From contig JBBTCT010000011.1 in assembly GCA_038060895.1 (NCBI GenBank), positions 32,001 through 96,000 on the forward strand: DNA of 64,000 bases, given 5' to 3'. The stretch is from Planctomycetota bacterium (GTDB lineage: Bacteria; Planctomycetota; MHYJ01; WSZJ01). Position 1 is the stretch's first letter. Each line of letters opens with the position of its first letter. The position numbers and the translations under genes were made by a program. Below, in pieces: positions 19,272 through 27,760 of the stretch. Below the pieces are notes generated by a model. That model had not been told where the DNA came from. It saw only the letters and a program-made list of their open reading frames with translations, and did not search any database.

Positions 19272-20863
19272 CGCTTCTCCTCCGGCGCAAACGCGCGCCA
19301 GTCGATTTCCGGGAACGCATTGTGCCGCGATTCGAGCTGCGAAACGAGCGTCTCGTCGATGCTCCCGGCGCGGAGCTGGGAATGCAAGCGATGGAAGGAC
19401 TCGACGTGGATCTTGAAGCGCTTGTGGGCGTAAGGGACGGCGGTGTCGGCGTTCATGATGAAGGCCCAGTCGGACGACTGGGCGAGGAGTGTTTCGCGTG
19501 CGGCCTGGTTCAGGGCGCGTCTCGTGAGCCCGTCTGCTCCGCGGTGATCCCGCGCGAGCGAGACCATGCGCTCTTCGACCACGTGCTGGTGACGGTAGAT
19601 CCAGTCGTTGGTCGGGTTGAGCCAGACTTCGCAGTATCCCTTGTCCCCCCAGGTCGAAAGGGTGGGGGTCGCGCGCTGGACGCGCGCGCCCGAGCCGAGA
19701 ATGTCGCGCGGCGTTGAAAACAAAACATCGGTCTGCGCCCCCGCGCGCCGCAGCAGTTCCGCCAGGAACTGCGGCCCCTCGTACCACCAGTGCCCGAACA
19801 GCTCCGCGTCGTACGGCGACAGAACCGTCGGCGCGCGGCCCAGCGTCGCCGCCAGGTGACGCACCTGCTCCTGCCTGTTGAAGAGAAAGTTCGCGGCATG
19901 GACGCGCGCGCGCCCGGCCGCAGCATCCGGGTCGTAGGGCTGCTTCTCGTTCAACGGCACTCGTCCCGTGATCCGGTAGTACTTGATCCCCAGGTTCCGC
20001 CGCACGCCGTCCGCATGCAGGTATGGCTTTACGTACGACTCTTCCCCGTCGTACCCCAGGTCCCGGTAAAACTCCCGGTACGCGGCGTCGCCCGGATAGC
20101 CCTCGCTCGCGCTCCACACCTGCCGGCTCGACTCAATGTCCCGCCCGAACGCGCAGACCCCCGAAGGCGTGCGCACCGGCGCGTAGATCGTGTACTTCGG
20201 CCGCGGCGCGGCGTACGCGATCGCGTGCGTCTCGACGCAGAAATAGGAGATCCCCTCCTCCGCCAGGATCGCGTCCTGCCCTGGCCGGTACCCGCACTCC
20301 GGCAGCCAGATCCCCGCCGGCCGCCGCCCGAAGTGCTTCTCATAGTTCGCTGCCGCGACACGCACCTGCGCCCTCACCGCTTCCGCGCACGACATCAGCG
20401 GGAAAAACCCGTGCGTCGCGCCGCACGTCAGGATCTCGATCCGCCCGGCGTCCTGCAGCCGCCTGAAGCCGCGCAGGATGTTGCGGCCGTGCTCGTCCTC
20501 GAACACCATGCGCGCGCGCCGGAAAGAATCCAGGTAGTGGCGCGCCGTGCGATTCAGAAGCGGCTCGTGCCGCGTGCGCTCGACCTCGCGCCCCGCAAGG
20601 TCGATCAGCCGGTGAAGCCTCCGAAGGTAGCGGGCCTGGAGAAGCGGGTCCGCAAGCATCTCGCAGAGCGGCGGCGACAACGCGATCGAGAATCGTGCGC
20701 GGACGCCCTCCTGCTCGAGATCTTCACCCATTTCCAGCAGCGGCAGGTACGTCTCCGTGATCGCTTCGTACAGCCAGTCCTCTTCCAGGAACTCGTCGTG
20801 CTCCGGGTGGCGCACAAACGGGAGGTGGGCATGCAGAAGGAGGAGGACGTTGCCTTGAGGCAT
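19268..20863 (-). CDS. GH57 1,4-alpha-glucan branching enzyme (DUF1957)
   Basis: LHAHLPFVRHPE, EEDWLYEAITETY, GIWLPECGY, PYDAELFGHWWYEGP, AQSSDWAF. Confidence 0.93.
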   Translation of the reverse strand: MPQGNVLLLLHAHLPFVRHPEHDEFLEEDWLYEAITETYLPLLEMGEDLEQEGVRARFSIALSPPLCEMLADPLLQARYLRRLHRLIDLAGREVERTRHEPLLNRTARHYLDSFRRARMVFEDEHGRNILRGFRRLQDAGRIEILTCGATHGFFPLMSCAEAVRAQVRVAAANYEKHFGRRPAGIWLPECGYRPGQDAILAEEGISYFCVETHAIAYAAPRPKYTIYAPVRTPSGVCAFGRDIESSRQVWSASEGYPGDAAYREFYRDLGYDGEESYVKPYLHADGVRRNLGIKYYRITGRVPLNEKQPYDPDAAAGRARVHAANFLFNRQEQVRHLAATLGRAPTVLSPYDAELFGHWWYEGPQFLAELLRRAGAQTDVLFSTPRDILGSGARVQRATPTLSTWGDKGYCEVWLNPTNDWIYRHQHVVEERMVSLARDHRGADGLTRRALNQAARETLLAQSSDWAFIMNADTAVPYAHKRFKIHVESFHRLHSQLRAGSIDETLVSQLESRHNAFPEIDWRAFAPEEKR

Positions 20864-20989
20864 GAAGTGCGCCGAAATGGGGGGCGGGACGGTAGCAGGA
20901 TGTGAGGTCGGTGGGAAGAGAGTCGAGTCGCCACTCGCTGCCCGCAACTCCGCAAAGGGAAAACTGCGGAATCCGGTAGAATCTTCGTC

Positions 20990-21730
20990 ATGCCAATACC
21001 CGCCATCGGGAGGTCAGCACCGTTCGCTCTCGCACTGCTCGCGCTTCTTTCCGCCTGTGGCGATCCTCCCCCTCGGCGATCCCGCGAGGAGGACGACGAC
21101 TGGGCCCGAGGAGCGCGCGACGGCTCGACCGGACAGGGACTCAATGTCCGCGTCGATGTCCAGGCCTACGAAGTCGATGACCGCGATGCGGAAGGATGGT
21201 CGCTCTTCTGGGGGGCATCGGTCCCGATCGGAAGCGCGCGCCTTTCCATCAACGGCCTGCGCGCGGCGACGGGCGGCGCTTCGTTCTTCGCCCGGCTCGA
21301 CACGTGGCAGAGGCGTTCGTCCGTGAAGCGGAAGACGGAGTCGTTCCTGGTGACGGCGGATGGGTCCCCGGCCTCGCTGGAAGTCAGCGAGCGAGTCGCT
21401 GAGCCTGTGACGATCGTGTTTCTCGACAACGGACAGGTGATCGACACCTTCCGGTGGTCGAAGGCGGGGGCGCTTCTGGAAGTGACGCCCCGGCGGAACG
21501 GTGACGGCACGGTGACGGTGAGGGTGCATCCGGTGGTTGCGCACCGTGAAGGGGCCGGGCGGACTTCGTTCGCGCAGTTGGACACGGAGGTGACGGTGAA
21601 AGAAGGGGAAGCGATTGTGATCGGGGGGAATCAGACTTCGCAGGACACGATTGGCTCGACGCTCTTTTCACGCTGGGAGAGCAGCAGGCGATACCGGCTG
21701 GTTTTTGTTCTGAGGGCGAGGAGCTGGTAG
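20990..21730 (+). CDS. Lipoprotein with a short secretin-like (T2SS/T3SS outer-membrane) C-terminal domain
   Basis: Lipobox LSAC. Secretin-like strands FLVTADGSPASLEV, LLEVTPR, LDTEVTVKEGEAIVIGG and RLVFVL. Confidence 0.65.
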   Translation: MPIPAIGRSAPFALALLALLSACGDPPPRRSREEDDDWARGARDGSTGQGLNVRVDVQAYEVDDRDAEGWSLFWGASVPIGSARLSINGLRAATGGASFFARLDTWQRRSSVKRKTESFLVTADGSPASLEVSERVAEPVTIVFLDNGQVIDTFRWSKAGALLEVTPRRNGDGTVTVRVHPVVAHREGAGRTSFAQLDTEVTVKEGEAIVIGGNQTSQDTIGSTLFSRWESSRRYRLVFVLRARSW

Positions 21731-21762
21731 CGAGAGGCGAGATGTTAGGCAACATTTGGTGA

Positions 21763-21816
21763 ATTAAGAAACGTTACCTGCGGGTAGCCGCTTCCAGAAA
21801 AGTAACATTTCTTAAT
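21763..21816. promoter_or_regulatory. Upstream activator region: 15-bp inverted repeat enclosing GTTAC-N6-GTAGC-N13-GTAAC
   Basis: ATTAAGAAACGTTAC (21763-21777) and GTAACATTTCTTAAT (21802-21816) are reverse complements with 1 mismatch. Confidence 0.6.
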
Positions 21817-21904
21817 GAAACTAGATTAAGTTCGCTTAACCTACGACGTAAGATATTGGTTTCAAAGTAGTTACGTCACATATATTTTCGGAAGTACAGC
21901 CCCT

Positions 21905-21922
21905 TGGGCATTCGGCTTGCGA
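21905..21922 (+). promoter_or_regulatory. Putative sigma54 promoter for the giant pilin-like gene
   Basis: tgGGCATTCGGCTTGCga, GG-N10-GC. Confidence 0.7.
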
Positions 21923-22066
21923 CTACTCCCCCCGACCGAGTCTCTACAAACTCAGATCACCCGTCTTACTGTGGAGGAGCCGAGCGAACGAGACTTGTGG
22001 AGACGAGTCCTGACGACTTCAGCGATTCACTGACTTTCGACGGTATAAAACACAGGAGGGGCCAAG

Positions 22067-25000
22067 ATGATCAGGAAAGGTATGGAGAACAACCGAGGCT
22101 TCGTGCTACTCGTAGCACTGGGCGTCCTCGGCGTTCTCGGCCTCCTTGCGGCGACGTTCGCCACGCTGTCCCGCGTTGAGCGGGCGGTGTCGAACAGTTA
22201 CGTCGACAAGGTTCGGGCCAAAATGCTCGCCCAGTCCGGGGTCGAGCGCGCCATCGCTTCTATTCGCGGCCGCGCGATGATCCAGGCCTGGGACGACCAG
22301 CGCAACGACTGGTACTACCGCGAGATGCTCAACGCGGAGACCGGCACGCTGGTGTACCCGCCGGTCGTGAAGACGGATCTCTGGAAGTTCGTGCCGACGC
22401 GCGCGTACGGGATGCCCCCGCGCTCGCTGGAGTCAGCTCTCGATGACGGCATCGTCAATGCGGTTGCCAACGGCGTCTCGTTCCCCCAGTCGCTCTCGCC
22501 TTCGGCCAACGAGCCGTTCAGCGGGCAGTTCCCCGGGACGTACGAGAACCGCGGCGACGTTTACGCTCTCAAGGTTCTTGACTGCGCGTCCATGATCAAC
22601 GTGAACGACGGCGGCAAGAACACTGTCCGGATGCTCACGAACCTCGGCACGATCCTCAAGTGCGCCGACGGCTCGCTGCTCAACACCGGCGGCTTCGACC
22701 TCGGCGCCCAGATCTCCACCAAGGCGATCGCCCGCGGCAAGCCCTTCAACAACAAGTCCGAAGTGCTCGCCGACGTGTTCATCAATAACACCTTCTTCGC
22801 AGGAAACGCGACGGAAGCCCGCAAGCGCTTCGCCGCGGTGCAGAACTTCATCACCACGCACGGCTGGATCGACGGGATGACGACCAAGTTTGAAAACACC
22901 TGGTTGCCCGTCGCTGGGAACTACGTCGGCGGCAGCTGGGCGTCGGCGATCTCGAGCACCGGAACCGCACCGTCCGATTCGAAGTTCGCCGAAGCGGGCT
23001 CCATGCCCGTCGAGGTGGCGGCCGTGATCGACCCGGTGGACACCAAGATGTCCTCAGTGCCGATGTCCTTCGAGTGCACGACGAATCCGCTCTACATGAT
23101 TTCCGCTTCCGTCCCCGGCGCCTACGCGACGCTTCCTTCCACGCGCCTGCTCGCGGCTCCGGGACCGGTGATGGTGAAGGACATTTCCAAGGGCGGCGCC
23201 TTCAAGCAGTTCGTGACCGGCCAGGGGTCGAGCATCCCGCTCGGCGGCGAGACGAAGGCCGGCAAGTTCGGCGGCACGTATTACCTTGGCGAGCCCCGGA
23301 CACCGATCAACGTCAACACCGCGTCGAAGGAAGTCCTGGTGGCGACGATGATGAACCTGGAAGCCGACTTCTGGGACTACCAGGTGGTGTCAGAATCCAC
23401 CACGCCGAAGATGTACAACGCCCGGCTTGGGAACGTGAACGTCAAGATCCTGCAGGCAGATGCCGAAAAGATCGCGGACTACATCATTTCCGCTCGCTTC
23501 ACCAACGGCAGCCCCGCGGGAGCCTGGTCGTTCAACGACTGGATGCACTTCGAGGACGACATCCTCCTCGCGATCCCGGGCATCACGCGGTTCCAGAAGG
23601 CGCTCGTGAAGGCCAATGCGAACCCGAACTCGAACATCAAGAAGATGAACCCGGACCTGATCCTGGTGACTTCGAATCCTTCCATCAATCCGGACGAGCT
23701 GGTCCGGATCGACAAGAGCGACATCAAGGTCAGCTCGACGGAGTGGACGTTCAGCTCGAACGGGATCTTCGAGATCGAATCGATCGGGCGCGTGTACAAC
23801 TCCGGCAAAATCATGGCCGAAGAAAAGATCGAGACCGTCGTGAAGGTCTTCGACCAGGTCGTGTACACGACGCAGGAACAGTTCGAGAAGGACCGCATCT
23901 GGACGGTTGAGGACTCCAAGGAAGGCGACCTGCTGGCGGGCGGTTATCCGCCGGTGGTTTCCATGCCCGAGTACCTCTACAACGCCAAGACGAACCCGGT
24001 TCACTATCGCAGCCAGACGGGCGACGTGACCTGGTGCGCGGACTACGAGGGGTACATGATCCTCAACGGTCCCGCGAACGTTCAGGCAGGCATCACGCCC
24101 GGCCCGGCCAAGACGGGAACCACGAGCTGGGGCAGCGGCGTCCCTGGCGAGTCCTGCTGGGGGCCTGATCCGTATGTGAAAGTGAAGGGCTCGCCGCCTC
24201 CGCCCGCAGGATTGAAGGCTTGCGCGGTCTCTTTCGTGGCCGGCTTCAACCTGGCTTCGCTCTATCCGAACCAGAGCCATCGCAACAAGGACCACGACCC
24301 GTCGCAGGCCGGAACTCAGACGCCGCGGCATCCGGAGTACTCCTACTCGTCGCCGCATTGCTTCGGTGACGGTGTGTACATGAGCGCTTCGCCGGCGATT
24401 TCCTTCACGCAGGACGCCAACTACATGAGCGCGTACTACAGCCCGAAGGAGCCGTACCAGATCAAGCCGACGAGTTCCGGCGCGAATTTCTGGGACATGG
24501 GCTGCGATCTGCAGAACTTCGGCGTGTACATCAACCAGACCCGTCGCAACCGGTTCCACACGTACTGGGCCGACGAGGTTCCGGCGCCGAACTGCACGCT
24601 CGAGATGACGGTCAAGCCTGAGAACGACCTCTGGCATTGGGCCAACGCCAGCAAGCCGCACACGATCGCGGGCTGGTCCGGCACTTACCAGGTCTTCGCC
24701 TGCAAGCGTCAGTTCCTGTTCGACTGGGGCACTGGCGGCACGGCCGGCATGAACTACACGATCCGTGGTTACGCGGAACTGACGCGCGTCTACCTGGAGA
24801 TGTACCACCACGCGACAAGCACGTTCTACGTGCTGTGGCACGACAACACCTGGAAGCCTCATACCTGGCACCATGTGGAGTTCTCGTGGGTCAGCGCTTC
24901 AGAGATCCTCGCATCCGACGGCGTCACGCTCATCACGGTGCCCGCGAACGCGATGCTGTGGGTCGATGGCTCGACCAACGGTTCGGGAACTTCCAGCATG

Positions 25001-25729
25001 GCGAAGCAGCCCGGCGTTGTAGAAGACGTGAATACCAAGCTGTCTCTTCCGATTTACGGCGGCGCGGCGATCGTTCTCCCTGAGAACGTCACGCCGGCCA
25101 ATCCGAACAAGGACATTGGCACGGGGCCGCGCCTGGACATCGGCGGCATCCTGGCCAACGACGGATCGTTCGGGATGAGCTCTCCCCGCTGGCACGGCAC
25201 CATCGACAACATCGTGATGCACCACTGGCGGAGCCACACCACGTCCTTCACTCCCCGCAACCGCTACCACAGCATGACCTACTACGATGGCACCACGTGG
25301 AAGACGGGCGAGGGGTACAAGAGTGAGCGGGCCGGCGTCTACAAGAAGCGTTTGACCTACCTTGAAAGCGTCGCCGCAACGAAGGACATCACGATCGGAA
25401 CGGTGGGCTGCACGCACTACCATCCGTTCCACGTCCACCTGTACGGGCACGATGGCAGCGCCCCGACGACCTCGTTCGGGCACATCACGCCCAGCCTGCG
25501 CATCAAGACCGGCGGATCGTACGTCGACTCCTACTACTATGACGGTTGCGTCGGCGTGCCGGTGAAGACTCAGCTCAAGGTCGGATCCGAGGCCTACTAC
25601 CTGGGCTGGTTCGAGATCGCGGCCCTCGTGCCGGTGACCATGTCGCCGATCCTGTGCGACATCCGGATCACCTACTTCGAGGAACCGCAGACCCTGTACC
25701 GCCTGTCGAGCTCGGAAGCCAAGAAGTAG
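22067..25729 (+). CDS. Giant (1220 aa) GspK/PilX-like pseudopilin with C-terminal LamG/concanavalin-like domain
   Basis: RBS AGGAGG. Prepilin-type RG|FVLLVALGVL without E5, RAKMLAQSGVERAIA, GspK-like SMINVN and PINVNTASKEVL. LamG-like TLEMTVKP, WHHVEFSW and GTIDNIV. Confidence 0.8.
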   Translation: MIRKGMENNRGFVLLVALGVLGVLGLLAATFATLSRVERAVSNSYVDKVRAKMLAQSGVERAIASIRGRAMIQAWDDQRNDWYYREMLNAETGTLVYPPVVKTDLWKFVPTRAYGMPPRSLESALDDGIVNAVANGVSFPQSLSPSANEPFSGQFPGTYENRGDVYALKVLDCASMINVNDGGKNTVRMLTNLGTILKCADGSLLNTGGFDLGAQISTKAIARGKPFNNKSEVLADVFINNTFFAGNATEARKRFAAVQNFITTHGWIDGMTTKFENTWLPVAGNYVGGSWASAISSTGTAPSDSKFAEAGSMPVEVAAVIDPVDTKMSSVPMSFECTTNPLYMISASVPGAYATLPSTRLLAAPGPVMVKDISKGGAFKQFVTGQGSSIPLGGETKAGKFGGTYYLGEPRTPINVNTASKEVLVATMMNLEADFWDYQVVSESTTPKMYNARLGNVNVKILQADAEKIADYIISARFTNGSPAGAWSFNDWMHFEDDILLAIPGITRFQKALVKANANPNSNIKKMNPDLILVTSNPSINPDELVRIDKSDIKVSSTEWTFSSNGIFEIESIGRVYNSGKIMAEEKIETVVKVFDQVVYTTQEQFEKDRIWTVEDSKEGDLLAGGYPPVVSMPEYLYNAKTNPVHYRSQTGDVTWCADYEGYMILNGPANVQAGITPGPAKTGTTSWGSGVPGESCWGPDPYVKVKGSPPPPAGLKACAVSFVAGFNLASLYPNQSHRNKDHDPSQAGTQTPRHPEYSYSSPHCFGDGVYMSASPAISFTQDANYMSAYYSPKEPYQIKPTSSGANFWDMGCDLQNFGVYINQTRRNRFHTYWADEVPAPNCTLEMTVKPENDLWHWANASKPHTIAGWSGTYQVFACKRQFLFDWGTGGTAGMNYTIRGYAELTRVYLEMYHHATSTFYVLWHDNTWKPHTWHHVEFSWVSASEILASDGVTLITVPANAMLWVDGSTNGSGTSSMAKQPGVVEDVNTKLSLPIYGGAAIVLPENVTPANPNKDIGTGPRLDIGGILANDGSFGMSSPRWHGTIDNIVMHHWRSHTTSFTPRNRYHSMTYYDGTTWKTGEGYKSERAGVYKKRLTYLESVAATKDITIGTVGCTHYHPFHVHLYGHDGSAPTTSFGHITPSLRIKTGGSYVDSYYYDGCVGVPVKTQLKVGSEAYYLGWFEIAALVPVTMSPILCDIRITYFEEPQTLYRLSSSEAKK

Positions 25730-25757
25730 ACACTCGCTCTTAGCAGAAAATCATTCC

Positions 25758-25796
25758 CCGACGCCGCCGGCAACCCCGGCGGCGTCGGCTTTTTTT
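25758..25796 (+). terminator. Rho-independent terminator
   Basis: CCGACGCCGCCGG-caacc-CCGGCGGCGTCGG followed by a T run. Confidence 0.9.
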
Positions 25797-25961
25797 GAGC
25801 GGAGCTCAAGCGAAGATCCGCTGCCGCCGTTACCCGCAGGTATCGAGGAACGCAAATCGTAACGCGCGGAATTCCACGGCCCCGCCGCTCGTTGAGACTT
25901 TGACACAACTGGAGTTGCGCTCTTGACTTCCATCGAATGAAATTGAACGCGGAGGCCCCAT

Positions 25962-25979
25962 CGGGCACCCGGCTTGCGA
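25962..25979 (+). promoter_or_regulatory. Putative sigma54 promoter
   Basis: cgGGCACCCGGCTTGCga, GG-N10-GC. Shared upstream motif at 25829-25863. Confidence 0.7.
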
Positions 25980-26027
25980 CGTTGGACCTTGGGACTTCCT
26001 GCAACCTCATTGCGGAGACTTCACGAC

Positions 26028-27128
26028 ATGCGCTTCCTCGCTTCGATCGCCATCGCGCTTCTCGCCGCCTCGACGGCCAGCGCTCACGTTGGTTACAAGA
26101 TCAAGATGTCCGCCACCTACAAAGAGACGAGAAAGGGTGATACGACATTCCGCAACATCTTCGTCTCCGGCCACGCGCACTACCCGGATGGAACGGTGCT
26201 TGTGGTCATGATCCGGCCTGAGAAGGGTGGGTATCTGCCGCTCAGCGTCAAGGGAACGGTTCAAAAGGAAGAATTCGCCGCGGAAATGGGCCCGTGGCGC
26301 GAGGGCTTCCCTTCCGGCAAGTACGTCTGCGAGGCCTGGTTCGAGTTTGAGAAGCAGTCGGAGGGTGTGAAGAGCCTGCTGCGCGAGACGGAAGAATTCG
26401 CGAAGTGCCTGAAGGACGATCCGACTTACCAGGAGAGATACAAGCTGGAGAATCCCGAGAGGTACGAGAAGTTGATGCGGCAGATCGCCGGATCCGGGAA
26501 GTGCGCGTCGAACAAGCAGTTCGGGACGTGCGAGTTGAGCATCGGGTCGGCGGATGAAGCGGCGCAGTCTGGCGAGGCGGAGCGGGCATTTCTTCGGGAT
26601 CGGGCGGACTACGTGAAGGACATGTTGTCTGAGCTGGTCAAGGCGCACGCGAAGCATTCGGACCCGAACAAGGGTGCCGACGCGACAGCGGAGTCGTTCC
26701 AGCTCTGGGCGACGGAATTCGAGAATCAGCTGGGGCAGCTTGACGAGGAAGTGACGGGGAAGCTGACAGGGATGGTGTTCAACGCGAAGAAGGACACTTA
26801 CGACAATCTGGCGCAGTCGATCATGGCGCTGGGAGATCTGGAGAGGACGATTCAGGCGGAGTTGTACGGCGAGTCGTCCAAGAAGCTGGCGGAGTTGCAG
26901 GCGTTGAATGACAAGGGCGAGAAGAACCTCGACAAGGACCAGAAGCGGCGCCGGGAGGTCCTGAAGAGGGAGCTGAGTTCGGTGCAGTCGAATCGGGAGG
27001 ACGGCGCCAAGCGGGTTGTGGAAAGCCTGGCGGAGACGAGATTCGGGCACAAAGGGCTGGATCCGGCGCCCGAGAGGAAGAAGAAGTACGTGGAGGAGTT
27101 GAAGGAGGAGTTTGGCTTCCAGTGGTAA
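26028..27128 (+). CDS. Secreted hypothetical protein (beta-rich N-domain, helical/coiled C-domain)
   Basis: RBS GGAG, ATG 26028, signal peptide MRFLASIAIALLAASTASA|H. Confidence 0.8.
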   Translation: MRFLASIAIALLAASTASAHVGYKIKMSATYKETRKGDTTFRNIFVSGHAHYPDGTVLVVMIRPEKGGYLPLSVKGTVQKEEFAAEMGPWREGFPSGKYVCEAWFEFEKQSEGVKSLLRETEEFAKCLKDDPTYQERYKLENPERYEKLMRQIAGSGKCASNKQFGTCELSIGSADEAAQSGEAERAFLRDRADYVKDMLSELVKAHAKHSDPNKGADATAESFQLWATEFENQLGQLDEEVTGKLTGMVFNAKKDTYDNLAQSIMALGDLERTIQAELYGESSKKLAELQALNDKGEKNLDKDQKRRREVLKRELSSVQSNREDGAKRVVESLAETRFGHKGLDPAPERKKKYVEELKEEFGFQW

Positions 27129-27309
27129 TCGTGAGGGATTCAGGGGTCGAGAAGCGGGATCCGGGGTAGGCGCAGGGCTCGGTTTCTCGTTACTCCCGGG
27201 TAACATGGACCCTGTCACGTAACCTCCAGCTGGACCAAAGGCGTTTCGATCTATTACTTAAATACATGGCTAATAACGACTTGTGACGTAAATAAGCGGA
27301 TCCGCGACC

Positions 27310-27327
27310 AAGGCACGGTGCTTGCGA
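27310..27327 (+). promoter_or_regulatory. Putative sigma54 promoter
   Basis: aaGGCACGGTGCTTGCga, close to the TGGCAC-N5-TTGC consensus. Shared upstream motif at 27189-27223. Confidence 0.75.
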
Positions 27328-27400
27328 AAAGGGTCTATCGAAGTTGGGATCTCACACGTGTGAGATCAGGTGATTCAAGTCCCTTTAGAAGGAGATTCAC

Positions 27401-27625
27401 ATGAAGGCTCTCATCCTCGTTGTGGCGCTGGTGGCCGTGATTGCGGCGCCGGTCCTGTGCTTCGCTTGCCCTCCCCCTCCGGCGCCGGGTTATGACGGCG
27501 GCGGCGCGGGCGACGGTCCTGGCCCCGGCGGCGACGGCGGCGGCGGGTCCGACACGGGTGGCGATGACACCGACAGCGGCGGGTCGGGCTCGGGCGACGC
27601 CGGCACGGGAAACGTGACCGCCTAG
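27401..27625 (+). CDS. Small secreted Gly/Asp/Pro-rich peptide (74 aa)
   Basis: Strong RBS AGAAGGAGA, signal peptide, its own promoter and its own terminator. Confidence 0.8.
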   Translation: MKALILVVALVAVIAAPVLCFACPPPPAPGYDGGGAGDGPGPGGDGGGGSDTGGDDTDSGGSGSGDAGTGNVTA

Positions 27626-27664
27626 TTCGGTCCTGAACGCGAGTAAGACTTCAGTCAGATCAGA

Positions 27665-27695
27665 AAACGCCGCCGGCCAAAAGCCGGCGGCGTTT
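27665..27695 (+). terminator. Terminator hairpin after the small peptide gene
   Basis: AAACGCCGCCGGC-caaaa-GCCGGCGGCGTTT. Confidence 0.8.
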
Positions 27696-27760
27696 CGCTA
27701 TTCAGGACCGCCCTTCCTTGCCCAACCGAATCCCTCGGATACAATCTCCTCACACGCCGC

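Noticed and set aside
27401-27625. Small peptide as a RiPP precursor
   Set aside because: It has a Sec-type signal rather than a RiPP leader, and no modifying enzymes are adjacent. The RimK gene 8 kb away looks like ordinary RimK.
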